From NCBI GenBank assembly GCA_963745235.1, contig CAVUXE010000052.1:32001-96000 (forward strand): 64,000 nt of DNA. Direction: 5' to 3'. Source of the stretch: an uncultured Spirochaetota bacterium (GTDB lineage Bacteria; Spirochaetota; Spirochaetia; SZUA-6; Fen-1364). A program made the translations under genes and the position numbers. Below are positions 9,583 to 19,087 of this stretch, one piece after another (within the stretch, counting starts at the first letter, position 1; the number at the start of each line of letters is the position of its first letter). The notes below the pieces were generated by a model. The model worked only from the letters and a program-made list of their open reading frames with translations. It ran no database searches and was not told the DNA's origin.

Positions 9583-10689
9583 CCGATGACTCCCTTTCCC
9601 GCAGAACGAACCCGGGGCTGGGTGAATCTGTCGATGAGGGGCGCCACGGCATTGCCCAGGAGGATGGCAAGCGGGACCCCGTCCCCCAGGGTCCCGAAGT
9701 ATCTGAGAAAGAACGTGAGAACGCCGAGGCTTGCGGCAAGGATCAGGTTCCCCCGCAGGGTCAGGGGAGAGGTTACGGGGTCCGTTGCCATGAAAAAGGC
9801 GCCGAGAACGAGGCTGCCGGAGAAAAGCTGGAACAGCACGCCGCCGGCAAGCCACCCGCGTCCCATCGGCAGACCGCCGAAAAGCTGCGCCGCGACACAG
9901 AAAGTCACGAGGTACGTCACGGGAACCTGCCAGCGGATGACGCGGCGCACAATGAGGTACGCCGCGCCGATAAGGAGCAGAGGAACCGATATTTCCCCGA
10001 TACCCCCCGGCACCGTGCCGACCAGCATGTCGAAAACACCACGGGGCAAGGAAGCACCAAGAAGCGAAAGCACGTGGTCGTTCACCCAGGTCACCACCCG
10101 CCCGTCCGTCGCGCTCCAGGGGTAGCCATGCGCCCCAAGGACGGCAAGCAGGCCTCCGCTGCCGGCTTTCCCGCCGGCGAACGCATCCCTGAGGGCAGCC
10201 AGAGGAGCCACGGCGGAACCCGCGCCCCTCACCGGGAGCCAGCGGCTCATGGAGTCGCTCCATGAGAAGAGGGCAAACACGACCCCTCCCAGCGCCGGGT
10301 TCATCCAGTTTCGGCCGAGCCCGCCGAAGCTTTGCTTGACCACCATGATCCCGAACGCGGAGGCGGCCGCGGGGACATACAGCGGCACACCGGGCGGCAT
10401 CAGCATCCCCACAAGCAGCCCGGTCACCATGGCGCTGCCGTCCCGGACCGTGATCCTGCCCCAGGCCAGGGACGTGATGAGCTCCGCCAGCAGGGAAACG
10501 CCTGCGGCCATCCCCAGGACGCGGAGCGCCGGGCAAGCCGAAGAGGAACACGCCCCACGCCGCGGCCGGCAGCAGGCAGCAGGCGACGCTCCAGTTCAGG
10601 CGAGCCGAGCTGACAAGCCCGCGGAGATGGGGCGCCGGAGAAACCGCGAGAGCCGGGGGGGATGCGACGTCCGGGTGAGGCTCAGCCAT
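9579..10689 (-). CDS. rnfD: Rnf complex subunit D; apparent single-base frameshift near 10530
   Basis: N-terminal VSPAPHLR in one frame; DGSAMVTGLL, KQSFGGLGRNWMNPA, PGGIGEIS, GAFFMATDPVTSP in the next. Confidence 0.9.
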
Positions 10690-12055
10690 TGTTGCTCAGG
10701 GCTCCTGACCTTTTCCCGCGGCGCAGGCTGTCCGCCAGGGGTATCCTGGACGGACACGCGAAGGAGCAGCACCCGCATTCCGTGCAGGAGGAAAGCCCTT
10801 CCGCGAGCGCGGCCGTCACGTCGCCCCGCTGGATGAGCTTGTGCAGGCGCGTGGGAACGAGCCCCCAGGGGCAGGCTTCAACGCATGCTCCGCAGCGGAT
10901 GCACGGGAGCTCGGGGCCGGTTCGCGCTTCCGCCTGCGTGAACGCCATGACCCCCGACACGCCCTTGGTCACAGGGAAATCCAGGGAGGATATGGAGGCT
11001 CCCCGCATGGGCCCGCCCAGGACAATCTTGCCCGGCGCTTCCGAAAGGCCCCCGCATTCTTCGAACAGATCACCCACCCGGGTTCCCACGCGGACCTTCA
11101 GGACGCCGGGCCTCCTCACGGCGCCCCCCGTGACCGTGACGCATCGCTCGATCAACGGCCTGTCGAATGCAACGGCCTCGTAGACGGCAAAGAGCGTTGC
11201 GACATTCAAGACGACGCACTCCGACCCGTCATGCGCAACGCCGTTGGAAGCGGCGTGAGCGAGAACCGAGGCGCGAACCAGCTCCTCGTGTCCCTGAGGG
11301 TAGCGCGCCGAAACGCCGATCATCTGGAACCCCCGGGCGATGTCATCGAACGCCTCTTTGAAAAACGGGATCAGCTCCTCCTCCGATGGCTGACCGATGA
11401 CCAGGACGACGTTGGCGGCTTCAAGGATCTTCTGGCAGATGCGCATCCCCGTCACGATCTCCCGGCTCCTCTCACGCATGAGGGAAACATCCGCATACAG
11501 GGATGGCTCGCACTCTATCCCGTTGGCGATCAGAAACGCCACCTGCCGACCAGGCTGACGGGCCAGCTTGATGTGGGTCGGGACAAGCCCACCGCCCAGG
11601 CCAACCACCCCGGCGGCGCGGATGCGCGCCAGGAGGTCGGACCGGGAGAGCTTCTCCCAGTCGTTCGTGGCGCGAGGCTTTCCTGTCCGGTCGAACTCAC
11701 CACCGAGCTCGACGAGCGCCGCCACGGAGACCGTCCCGTCCGCGCCGGCCCTCCGATCCACCCTCACCACGGTGCCGGGAATGGATGAATGGACGTTAGC
11801 GGAGCGAGCCCCGTCCGCCTTCCCGATCAGCATGCCCTCCTGAACGCGGTCACCCGGGCGCACCAGGCATGAGGCAGGGGTGCCTGCATGCTGGAGCATG
11901 GGGATGAGGGCGAATGCCGGAACCGAGGCGTTGGTGATACGCTGCGCCCCGGGCGAAAGATTGACCGACGGCGGGGTCACCCCGCCGGTCGAGAGAAATG
12001 GCTGCTGTCTCTTCATGGAATCTGGTCTCGCCGCGCTTCTCCATTTAAGCGCCAA
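10682..12055 (-). CDS. rnfC: Rnf complex subunit C (start may be ATG 12016)
   Basis: QHAGTPA, VHSSIPGTV, AGVVGLGGG..PTH.KL, NGIECEP, GGPMRG, two [4Fe-4S] motifs CIRCGACVEACP and CTECGCCSFACP. Confidence 0.93.
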   Translation of the reverse strand: MALKWRSAARPDSMKRQQPFLSTGGVTPPSVNLSPGAQRITNASVPAFALIPMLQHAGTPASCLVRPGDRVQEGMLIGKADGARSANVHSSIPGTVVRVDRRAGADGTVSVAALVELGGEFDRTGKPRATNDWEKLSRSDLLARIRAAGVVGLGGGLVPTHIKLARQPGRQVAFLIANGIECEPSLYADVSLMRERSREIVTGMRICQKILEAANVVLVIGQPSEEELIPFFKEAFDDIARGFQMIGVSARYPQGHEELVRASVLAHAASNGVAHDGSECVVLNVATLFAVYEAVAFDRPLIERCVTVTGGAVRRPGVLKVRVGTRVGDLFEECGGLSEAPGKIVLGGPMRGASISSLDFPVTKGVSGVMAFTQAEARTGPELPCIRCGACVEACPWGLVPTRLHKLIQRGDVTAALAEGLSSCTECGCCSFACPSRIPLADSLRRGKRSGALSNNG

Positions 12056-13680
12056 AGATTGCCGCGGATCAAGAGTCCCAGGCGCAGATCCCTTCCCAAC
12101 AGGAGAAGGAGCGCGCAGAAAGCAAGAGCAGTGAATGGCAGCTCTCCCGCCAGCGCCCGGGCGGGGCCGCGCACCGCTGCTTCAACGGGCCGGCCCTGGG
12201 ACAGGAGCAGCGCGTCGAGGCTGGCCGAAGCCGGGTGGGCGCTCACGCTGGCGAGCCAGGTCGAATCGAATACCTTCACGGTCCGCAGCCTGGCGCGAAC
12301 GACGCCGGTGATCGGGTTGACCAGGTATTCCTGTCGATAGACGCGTTCATCGGGCGCCGGTTCTCTCCATTTCCTTCCGAACCCCACGGTCTGTTGGTAG
12401 GCCTCATGCGCGACCAGGTCCGAGAAGTCCGGCAGCCGGTCCGCTTTGGAGCCCTGCCGAAGGCGGGCCACGGCATCCCAGGAGAACTCGTGCGCTCCCG
12501 AAACCGCAATCGGAGCCGGGAAGGCCCCGCCCCGAGAGAGAGGGACAAGAACGACGATTGCGATCGAGAAGAGCGCCAGGGACAGGGCGCGGTGTCCTCC
12601 TTTTCCGGGCTCCCTGCCACTCCTGACGAGGGGGACCGCCGCGAACACGAGCGCCCTTCGCCACTCATCAGCGGCCTGCCTCACCACGGGGGCTGCGAGC
12701 ACGACGAGCAGAGAACAGAGAAACGGCGCAACGGGTTGCAGAAGCATGGCGAGCGAACGACCATTCACGAGGAAAAAGACGAGCAGGGAAATGACGCCTA
12801 TGCCAAGGTAGCGAAGAAGGGGTCCCCTTGATCTGCCCAGATCGGTCCAGCTCTTCCCGGCAAAGGCAAGACGCATTCGCAGGAGGGGAAGGCAGAACGC
12901 GAGAAGACAAAAGGAGAGAGCCAGCAGGGAAGGGCCGCTCGCAAGGATGGCGGGAACCCAAAGGAGCGACACCGAGGCAAGCGCTGGTGGCCAGCGGCTC
13001 CGTCTCTGTGTGCCCCGGCTCATGAGCGCGGCGAATGCGATCAGCGCGACCAGGCTGATGAGCTTCTCCACCGGATCGAAGTCCACCAGCCGCCAGGCGC
13101 TCCGCGCTGGAGGACCCAACATGCTCCACAGGCTGAAGTAAAGACGGAGGGACATGAAACGCGCGGGGACGTACAGCGCGTGCTGCTCAGCTTCTCCCGA
13201 GGTCACCGTGAAATAGCCGGCCATCCTGTCGATGTACGGGTCACGCCGCGGATCCAGGGGATCCAGGCGCTCGCGAAGGCCGGCGTAGGCAGACCGAACG
13301 CTGGAGGAAAAATCGTAGAAATCCACCGTTGCGGTGCGCTCGGAGACAATTCCAGGACCGAGCCGCTCGAGGGCGCCCGGCATCAGAGTGTCCGCCGGGC
13401 CGCCCACGCGGACCAGGAGCGTGTAGTAGCCGCGCCAGAGGCGGCTTGGCTTAGGCGTGACGAACGGCGCGAAGGGTATCCAGAGCACAACGAGCACAAG
13501 AAGCGCCACCGCAAGCACCGGAAGCACGGAAGGCATGAGCGACCGTTTTCCGGCTGCGACCGGCGGCGCCTCCTGGGCCGGCCGGCGCTTCTTTCGAGGC
13601 GTGGAGGGTTTTGGGCGCCCGGTGGACCCCTGCGTGCGCTGCTGGGGTCGGGCCCGCTTCACGGCAGCCGCTCGGCTCAC
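12013..13680 (-). CDS. Multi-pass membrane hypothetical protein
   Basis: 555-aa ORF, GTG overlapping the upstream stop, several hydrophobic segments separated by soluble domains. Confidence 0.7.
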   Translation of the reverse strand: MSRAAAVKRARPQQRTQGSTGRPKPSTPRKKRRPAQEAPPVAAGKRSLMPSVLPVLAVALLVLVVLWIPFAPFVTPKPSRLWRGYYTLLVRVGGPADTLMPGALERLGPGIVSERTATVDFYDFSSSVRSAYAGLRERLDPLDPRRDPYIDRMAGYFTVTSGEAEQHALYVPARFMSLRLYFSLWSMLGPPARSAWRLVDFDPVEKLISLVALIAFAALMSRGTQRRSRWPPALASVSLLWVPAILASGPSLLALSFCLLAFCLPLLRMRLAFAGKSWTDLGRSRGPLLRYLGIGVISLLVFFLVNGRSLAMLLQPVAPFLCSLLVVLAAPVVRQAADEWRRALVFAAVPLVRSGREPGKGGHRALSLALFSIAIVVLVPLSRGGAFPAPIAVSGAHEFSWDAVARLRQGSKADRLPDFSDLVAHEAYQQTVGFGRKWREPAPDERVYRQEYLVNPITGVVRARLRTVKVFDSTWLASVSAHPASASLDALLLSQGRPVEAAVRGPARALAGELPFTALAFCALLLLLGRDLRLGLLIRGNLWRLNGEARRDQIP

Positions 13681-14159
13681 AGCGTGCAGAATGCCACCGC
13701 TATGAAGAATCCTAGCAGGGCGCCGACAAAGACCTCTGAGATGGTGTGGCCATGGATCTCCTTCACGGGCTTGCTCCTGAGGGTGTGATTTCGCGAAAGA
13801 TCGCGGATGAGCTGGTTGATCACCCGGGCCTGAGCGCCGGCAGCACGCCGGACTCCCAGGGCATCCCGGAACGTGAGCAGGGCGTAGAACAGGGTCACGA
13901 AGAACAGCGTCGAATCCACGCCTTCAACGAAGGCGGCCGCCGTGGCAAGAGATGCGACGACCGCGGAGTGGCTGCTGGGCATGCCGCCGGTGGACCAGAG
14001 GATGTGGATGAGGATCTCCTTTGCCGTCCGCGGCCGGTTGCGAACGAGCATGATGCAGGACTTGAGGACTTGCGCGATGAACCAGCTCGAGAAGGCGGAA
14101 AGGAACACCGGGCTCGCCAGTGCCCTCGAGAGGAGGCCCACGGCGCTGTGAGAGAGCAT
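13677..14159 (-). CDS. Divergent PAP2 family (DUF212-type) membrane protein
   Basis: STGGMPSSHSAVV, DALGVRRAAG.QA, KEIHGHT.SEVFVGALLG. Confidence 0.92.
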   Translation of the reverse strand: MLSHSAVGLLSRALASPVFLSAFSSWFIAQVLKSCIMLVRNRPRTAKEILIHILWSTGGMPSSHSAVVASLATAAAFVEGVDSTLFFVTLFYALLTFRDALGVRRAAGAQARVINQLIRDLSRNHTLRSKPVKEIHGHTISEVFVGALLGFFIAVAFCTL

Positions 14160-14165
14160 CGGTCG

Positions 14166-14194
14166 AGTTTCCCTTGATGCCTCCTGGATGTCAA
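14166..14194 (-). promoter_or_regulatory. Sigma70-type promoter of the PAP2-rnf-GH57 operon (leaderless geometry)
   Basis: TTGACA-17-GAAACT, 6 nt before ATG 14159. Confidence 0.55.
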
Positions 14195-14220
14195 GGCGCG
14201 ACGCGAATTCCGCGCAATCC

Positions 14221-14249
14221 TTGACACCCCCTGCCGACGTTACTACTAT
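14221..14249 (+). promoter_or_regulatory. Sigma70-type promoter of the first Mla/Mce operon
   Basis: TTGACA-17-TACTAT, 10 nt before ATG 14260. Confidence 0.7.
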
Positions 14250-14259
14250 TCTGCGCTAC

Positions 14260-15042
14260 ATGGCGCAGGCAAGGAACGAGGCCACCGGTGAATGGCTGCA
14301 CGCCGGAAAATCCGCAGTCAGCATGTACGGGAACTTCTTCTACTGGCTTTTCCGGGAGCCCTTCCCCGTCCGCCAGCTCGGCAACCAGATCGTGCTGGTC
14401 ATGCTGGATGCCGTAGCCGTCAGCACGGTGACCGCCGTGGTCATCGGGCTGATCATGGCCTGGACCGCCGGCTGGAACGGGATGAAGTTCAGCGTGGTGA
14501 ACTGGTCAGGGGCCGCAACGGTCTACCTGCTCCTCTCGGAAGCGGTCACCATGTTCGGCGGGCTTGTCTTTGCCGCCAAGATCGGGACCGCCTTCACGGT
14601 GGAGATCGGCTCCATGCAGATGAGCGGGCAGCTGGATGCGCTGCGGCTCATGGCCGTGGAGCCCGTCCAGCACATCGTCATCCCGCGCGTGCTCTCCTCC
14701 ATCATCTGCCTCGTCTTCCTCAACATGATCAGCCAGGGAGCGGCCATCATCGCGGCCATGGTCGCTGTGCGGTGGTGGTTCGACGTCTCGTTCACCATCT
14801 TTCTGCAGCACGTCTTCCAGATCCTGCGCTATCCCATCCTCACCAACTCCTACATCCGCTCCGCCATCATGGCGTTCTTCATTGCCATAAACGCCTGCGG
14901 TCTCGGGTTCAACTTCAAGGGCGGGGCCGTCGAGCTGGGCAGGACCACCACCAAGTCCATCGTGCTCAATTTCATCTTCGTGATCAGCATCGACTGCCTC
15001 TACGGAGTCATGGACCAGCTGACCGGCTGGAGCTCGATTTGA
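14260..15042 (+). CDS. mlaE: MlaE-family ABC permease (system 1)
   Basis: AAKIGTAFTVEIGSMQMSGQLDALRLMAVEPVQHIVIPRV, GGAVELGRTTTKSIV. Confidence 0.88.
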   Translation: MAQARNEATGEWLHAGKSAVSMYGNFFYWLFREPFPVRQLGNQIVLVMLDAVAVSTVTAVVIGLIMAWTAGWNGMKFSVVNWSGAATVYLLLSEAVTMFGGLVFAAKIGTAFTVEIGSMQMSGQLDALRLMAVEPVQHIVIPRVLSSIICLVFLNMISQGAAIIAAMVAVRWWFDVSFTIFLQHVFQILRYPILTNSYIRSAIMAFFIAINACGLGFNFKGGAVELGRTTTKSIVLNFIFVISIDCLYGVMDQLTGWSSI

Positions 15043-15800
15043 TCCGCATCCGGGACCTCACCTTCGCCTTTCCCGAGAGGCCCGTTCTGCGGGACCTGAG
15101 CCTGACATCGAGGAGTCCCTCACCACCGTGGTCATCGGCGCAAGCGGCATCGGAAAGTCCGTGCTCCTGAAATGCATCACCGGCCTGCTGCAACCCGCAG
15201 GCGGGCAGCATCACCATCGACGGAGACGAGGTGGTGGGCGCGGAGCGCAACGACCTCCTGCGCATCCGGCGCAAGATCGGGCATGCTCTTTCAGGAAGGG
15301 GCGCCTTTTCGACTCGATGACCGTGCTTCGAGAACGTGGCATTCCCGCTTTCCTACCACAAGCTGTTCCCCGCGAGGGAGATCGAGCGCAAGGTGATGGC
15401 GTACCTGGACCTCGTCGGCATGGCGGAATACGCGCACGCCATGCCCAGAGAGCTCTCCGGGGGAATGAAGCGCAAGGTCGCCGTGGCGCGCGCCATGATC
15501 CTCGAGCCCCGCTACCTGCTGTACGACGAGCCCACCGCGGGGCTCGACCCGTCGTCCTCGGCGGTCGTGGAGGCCATGATCATGCGCCTGCAGGCCGAGC
15601 GCTCCATCACGTCCCTTGTCGTGACCCACGACATCGACCTCACCCGCTACATCGCGGACAGGATTGCGTTGCTGGAAGACGGCCATATCGTTGCTCTCAT
15701 GACGCGAGATGAGGCGTTCCAGGAAGGTTCGCCGGTCTACGAGCATTTCATCGAGAACCGCGAGAAAATCCGGCAGGAGAAGGTCAGTGAAGGCCAATAG
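15039..15800 (+). CDS. mlaF: MlaF-family ABC ATPase (system 1); several apparent indels between 15100 and 15335
   Basis: Walker A GASGIGKS, FQEG.LFDSMTV, LSGGMKRK, LLYDEPTAGLDP and VTHD lie in alternating frames; TTG start overlaps the mlaE stop. Confidence 0.82.
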
Positions 15801-16726
15801 AATCATCCGTGTCATCGTCATCGTCATCATTGCGCTCGCCACCGCAACGTTCCTTTACCTGCTCATGAACAACTTCCAGTTCACCCGCGGGGTCTCCGTC
15901 CGCGTCCACTTCACGAGCATCGGAGATCTGAACACGGGGTCCTGGGTCAGGAAAGCGGGCATCAAGGTGGGATCGGTCACCGGACTGACTCCGGCGCCGG
16001 ATGAGAAGACGGTCATCGTGACTCTGGCCTTCCGGCCCGGGCAGATGGTGCGTCAGGGGGACCAGTTCGCCCTGGTTTCAAAGGGCATCCTCGGTGACGT
16101 GTACATCGAGCAGCACCCGGGGCCCATCGATTCGCCCCCTGGCGAAAGAGGGGCAGCTCTTTGAAGGCCAGCCGTTCTTCAGCCTCTCCGACCTTCTGGG
16201 CGGGGAGACCATGGGAATGGTGACGGACATCGCATCCAGCATCAAGGACATCGTCGGCATGCTGAAGAAGAACCAGGGCGCCCTGGACAGCTCCATCCGG
16301 GACATTCAGAAGACCACGGAGAACGTGCGCATCGTCACCGACCGGGCCGTTCAGCTCACTGACTCCGTCCCGCGCCTTGCCAACGAAATAGCGACCTCCG
16401 TTGACGAGCTCCAGGCCACCGTGAATGACGTGGCCGTCACCACCCATCGACTGGTGGCGCGGATGGAGACCAACCTGACCACGAGCTCGGACGACCTGGC
16501 CGCATCCATGAAGAACATCCGCCAGACATCCGCCGAGATCCAGGGAGCCGTCAACGGGCTCACGGCGCAGAAATCGGTCATCTCGACTCTCAGCTCACCC
16601 CAGGTCGCACAGAGCCTGGATTCCACCGTGAAGAACCTGGAAGAGATCTCGAAGAGCCTTCTTGCCGTGTCCAAGGATACTGAAAAAATCGTCGAGGGAG
16701 TGCGTATCATCATAGAACAGAAGTAA
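15787..16726 (+). CDS. mlaD: MlaD/MCE-domain protein with helical tail (system 1); frameshift near 16137
   Basis: N-terminal TM, FTSIGDLNTGSWVRKAGIKVGSV, KGILGDVYIE, then a coiled-coil region in the next frame. Confidence 0.85.
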
Positions 16727-16766
16727 GCCGCTTTTGTCCGTTCATGCCGCTCAGCCTTTCCGTCTC

Positions 16767-16795
16767 TTGACAAATCGTACGTATACGTATATGTT
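16767..16795 (+). promoter_or_regulatory. Sigma70-type promoter with a perfect 12-bp palindrome (TACGTATACGTA, 16778-16789) in the spacer
   Basis: TTGACA-17-TATGTT upstream of the radical SAM gene. Confidence 0.7.
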
Positions 16796-16845
16796 GCATG
16801 TTACTTAAACCTATTCGAATACCTTCACGTCAGAGGGGGGGCATC

Positions 16846-18255
16846 ATGATCAGGAAGATCACCATGATCGAGCCGAAGAACGATCACCTGCATATCTATT
16901 CCCAGTATGAGCTTCCTCGCCTGGGAGGAGTGCTCCTGGCAACCCTCATGAGGAACCACGGCTACCAGGCGGAGGCTCTTTTCATGGAGAGCAGGGAAGT
17001 GCGCGCCCGGCAGACGGAGACAGACCTCGTGGGCATCTCCACCATCACCCCGACCTCCCGCAGCGCCTACGATCTGGGAGACCTCTTTCGCGCGCAGGGC
17101 ACACCCGTCGTGTTCGGCGGCCCTCACGCGAGCTTCCTGCCCGAAGAGGCCCTCGAGCACGGTGACTACGTCATTGCCGGAGAAGGGGAGACAGGGTTCC
17201 CCATGCTCGTTGACGCCCTGAACGGAAAGGGCTCGCTGTCCGACGTACCGGGGCTTGTCTGGAAAGAGAACGGGACAATCCTTCGCAATCCGACGGCGCC
17301 TCCTATAGAGGACCTGGACTCCCTCCCCTTCCCCGATTTTTCCCTCCTGGACATGGGCTCCAGGAAAAAAATGGGAATCCAGGGACCGGGGCGCTCCACC
17401 GTCCCCATGCAGACCTCCCGCGGCTGTCCGTTCGACTGCACCTTCTGCTCCGTCACCGGGATGTTCGGCAAGCGCTATCGTCACCGTTCGACGGAGAATA
17501 TCATCGCGGAGCTCAGCCAGTACGATCGCAAAGAGAACATCATATTCTTCTACGATGACAACTTCGCCGCGAACCCCCGCAAGACAAAGGAGCTGCTGCG
17601 GGAGATGATCCGGCGCAAGCTTGGGTTCGAATGGTCCACCCAGGTGAGATCCGACATCGCCAAGGACCCTGAAATGCTTGACCTGATGGTCCAGGCAGGA
17701 TGCACCTCCCTGTACATTGGCTTCGAGTCCGTGGATCCGCAGGCCCTGCGGGAAATGAAGAAGAGCCAGTCCGTGGACGACATCCGCTTTGCCATCCGCG
17801 AGGTCAGGAGGCGCAGGATCCACGTGCACGGAATGTTCGTCTTCGGCTTCGATTCCGACACCCCTGCCAGCGCCCGCGCGACAGTGGATTTCGCAATCGC
17901 TGAAAAAATCGACACGACGCAGTTCATGATCCTGACGCCCCTTCCCGGGTCCGGCTTCTACAAGCGAATGGTCGCGGAAGACAGGCTTCTGGACACGCAG
18001 TGGGACACCTTCGACGCTCATCACGTGAAGTTCATTCCGAGGGGGTTCACTCCGTGGGAGCTCCAGAACGCCCAGATCGAGGCGCACTCCCGGTTCTATT
18101 CGCTTCTGCGGGTCGCCGCGCGGCTCTTGCGGGGAAGATTCGGCGGGTTCGTTGTCGGCTTGTACGCACATGCGTTGAACAGGAGCTGGCAACGGCAGGA
18201 GCATGACTACCTTGCCTGGATCCGCCGGCTGCGCTTGAGACCGTTGCCTGCCTGA
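16846..18255 (+). CDS. Cobalamin-binding-domain radical SAM protein
   Basis: N-terminal B12-binding-like domain (DLVGIS..T, VVFGGPHASFLPEEA, GEGE), TSRGCPFDCTFC, FFYDDNF, YIGFES, ILTPLPGS. Confidence 0.92.
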   Translation: MIRKITMIEPKNDHLHIYSQYELPRLGGVLLATLMRNHGYQAEALFMESREVRARQTETDLVGISTITPTSRSAYDLGDLFRAQGTPVVFGGPHASFLPEEALEHGDYVIAGEGETGFPMLVDALNGKGSLSDVPGLVWKENGTILRNPTAPPIEDLDSLPFPDFSLLDMGSRKKMGIQGPGRSTVPMQTSRGCPFDCTFCSVTGMFGKRYRHRSTENIIAELSQYDRKENIIFFYDDNFAANPRKTKELLREMIRRKLGFEWSTQVRSDIAKDPEMLDLMVQAGCTSLYIGFESVDPQALREMKKSQSVDDIRFAIREVRRRRIHVHGMFVFGFDSDTPASARATVDFAIAEKIDTTQFMILTPLPGSGFYKRMVAEDRLLDTQWDTFDAHHVKFIPRGFTPWELQNAQIEAHSRFYSLLRVAARLLRGRFGGFVVGLYAHALNRSWQRQEHDYLAWIRRLRLRPLPA

Positions 18256-18256
18256 C

Positions 18257-18325
18257 CGCGTACTCGCCGAACGCGTACTCGCGTACCGCGTATTCGCCGA
18301 ACTCGCCGAACGGGTACTCCCGTAT
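18257..18325. repeat. Degenerate 15-bp tandem repeat (four units plus a partial)
   Basis: cgcgtactcgccgaa / cgcgtactcgcgtac / cgcgtattcgccgaa / ctcgccgaa / cgggtactcccgtat, directly after the radical SAM stop. Confidence 0.8.
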
Positions 18326-18379
18326 TGGCCTTCGTGCCGGCCGGGTATATTGTTGAGTTGAGGACCAGGCCTTCACTGA

Positions 18380-19016
18380 ATGAGACCACTGTCAGCGCTC
18401 AAGCGACTCTTTCCCTGGCTCGCGCCTAAACCCCGCACGTTTGCCTTGGTCGGCAAAAGCGGCACGGGAAAGAGCTTCAAGGCCCGCCAGGTTGCCCGCC
18501 GGTTTCGCATTGACCTCATCATAGACGACGGCCTGCTCATCCGCGGACAGAAGATTGTCGCGGGCCGGTCTGCAAAGCGGGAAAAGGGAATCCTGAGCGC
18601 CATCAAGACCGCCGTCTTTGCGAACCCGGACCAGATCGCGGAAGCGCGAAAAGCGATCGTAGGGCCAGAGCAATACGCGCATCCTCGTGATCTGCACGTC
18701 GCTCAAGATGCTCAAGAGGATCGTCTCCACCCTGGCCCTCCCTCCGATAACCCGCGTGATCACGATAGAGGAGGTCTCCACGCGCGAGGAAATATCGCGC
18801 GCGCTGAAGATCCGCGCCGAACAGGGGAAGCACATCATTCCTGTTCCTGCCGTCGAGATCAAAAGAAGCTACCCGCATATCTTTTTCGAGTCGGTCAAGA
18901 TCCTCCTGAAACAGAAGAAAGGCCTTCGAAAGACGGAGGCGGAGATCGTGGAAAAGACCGTGGTGCGACCTGAATATGGAATTGGAAGCCGGTCTTCGAC
19001 CCGGCAACCCCGCTAG
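18380..19016 (+). CDS. Small P-loop NTPase of unknown function; frameshift near 18662
   Basis: ALVGKSGTGKSF, IIDDGLLI...IVAGRSAK, then in the next frame ILVICTSLKM...GKHIIPVPAVEIKRSY. Confidence 0.78.
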
Positions 19017-19042
19017 AGCCGGCGTGCCGGGGCAAATTGTGT

Positions 19043-19071
19043 TTGACAGGTGCAAACGCGCAAACTATGAT
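19043..19071 (+). promoter_or_regulatory. Sigma70-type promoter
   Basis: TTGACA-17-TATGAT followed by AGGAGG RBS and ATG 19088. Confidence 0.75.
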
Positions 19072-19087
19072 CCTTCCAGGAGGTCAT

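Noticed and set aside
8917-10689. 590-aa ORF as an RnfD-RnfE fusion
   Set aside because: Created by the rnfD indel; the middle is out-of-frame sequence and rnfE has its own ATG at 9582.
16825-18204. Long antisense and alternate-frame ORFs (for example 16825..18204, 6891..8144, 45535..46749)
   Set aside because: Expected shadows of high-GC codon usage; no motifs, RBS or family resemblance.
18257-18325. Repeat as a CRISPR array linked to the Cas2-like gene
   Set aside because: Units are 15 bp, abut without unique spacers, and lie 13 kb from the Cas2-like gene.
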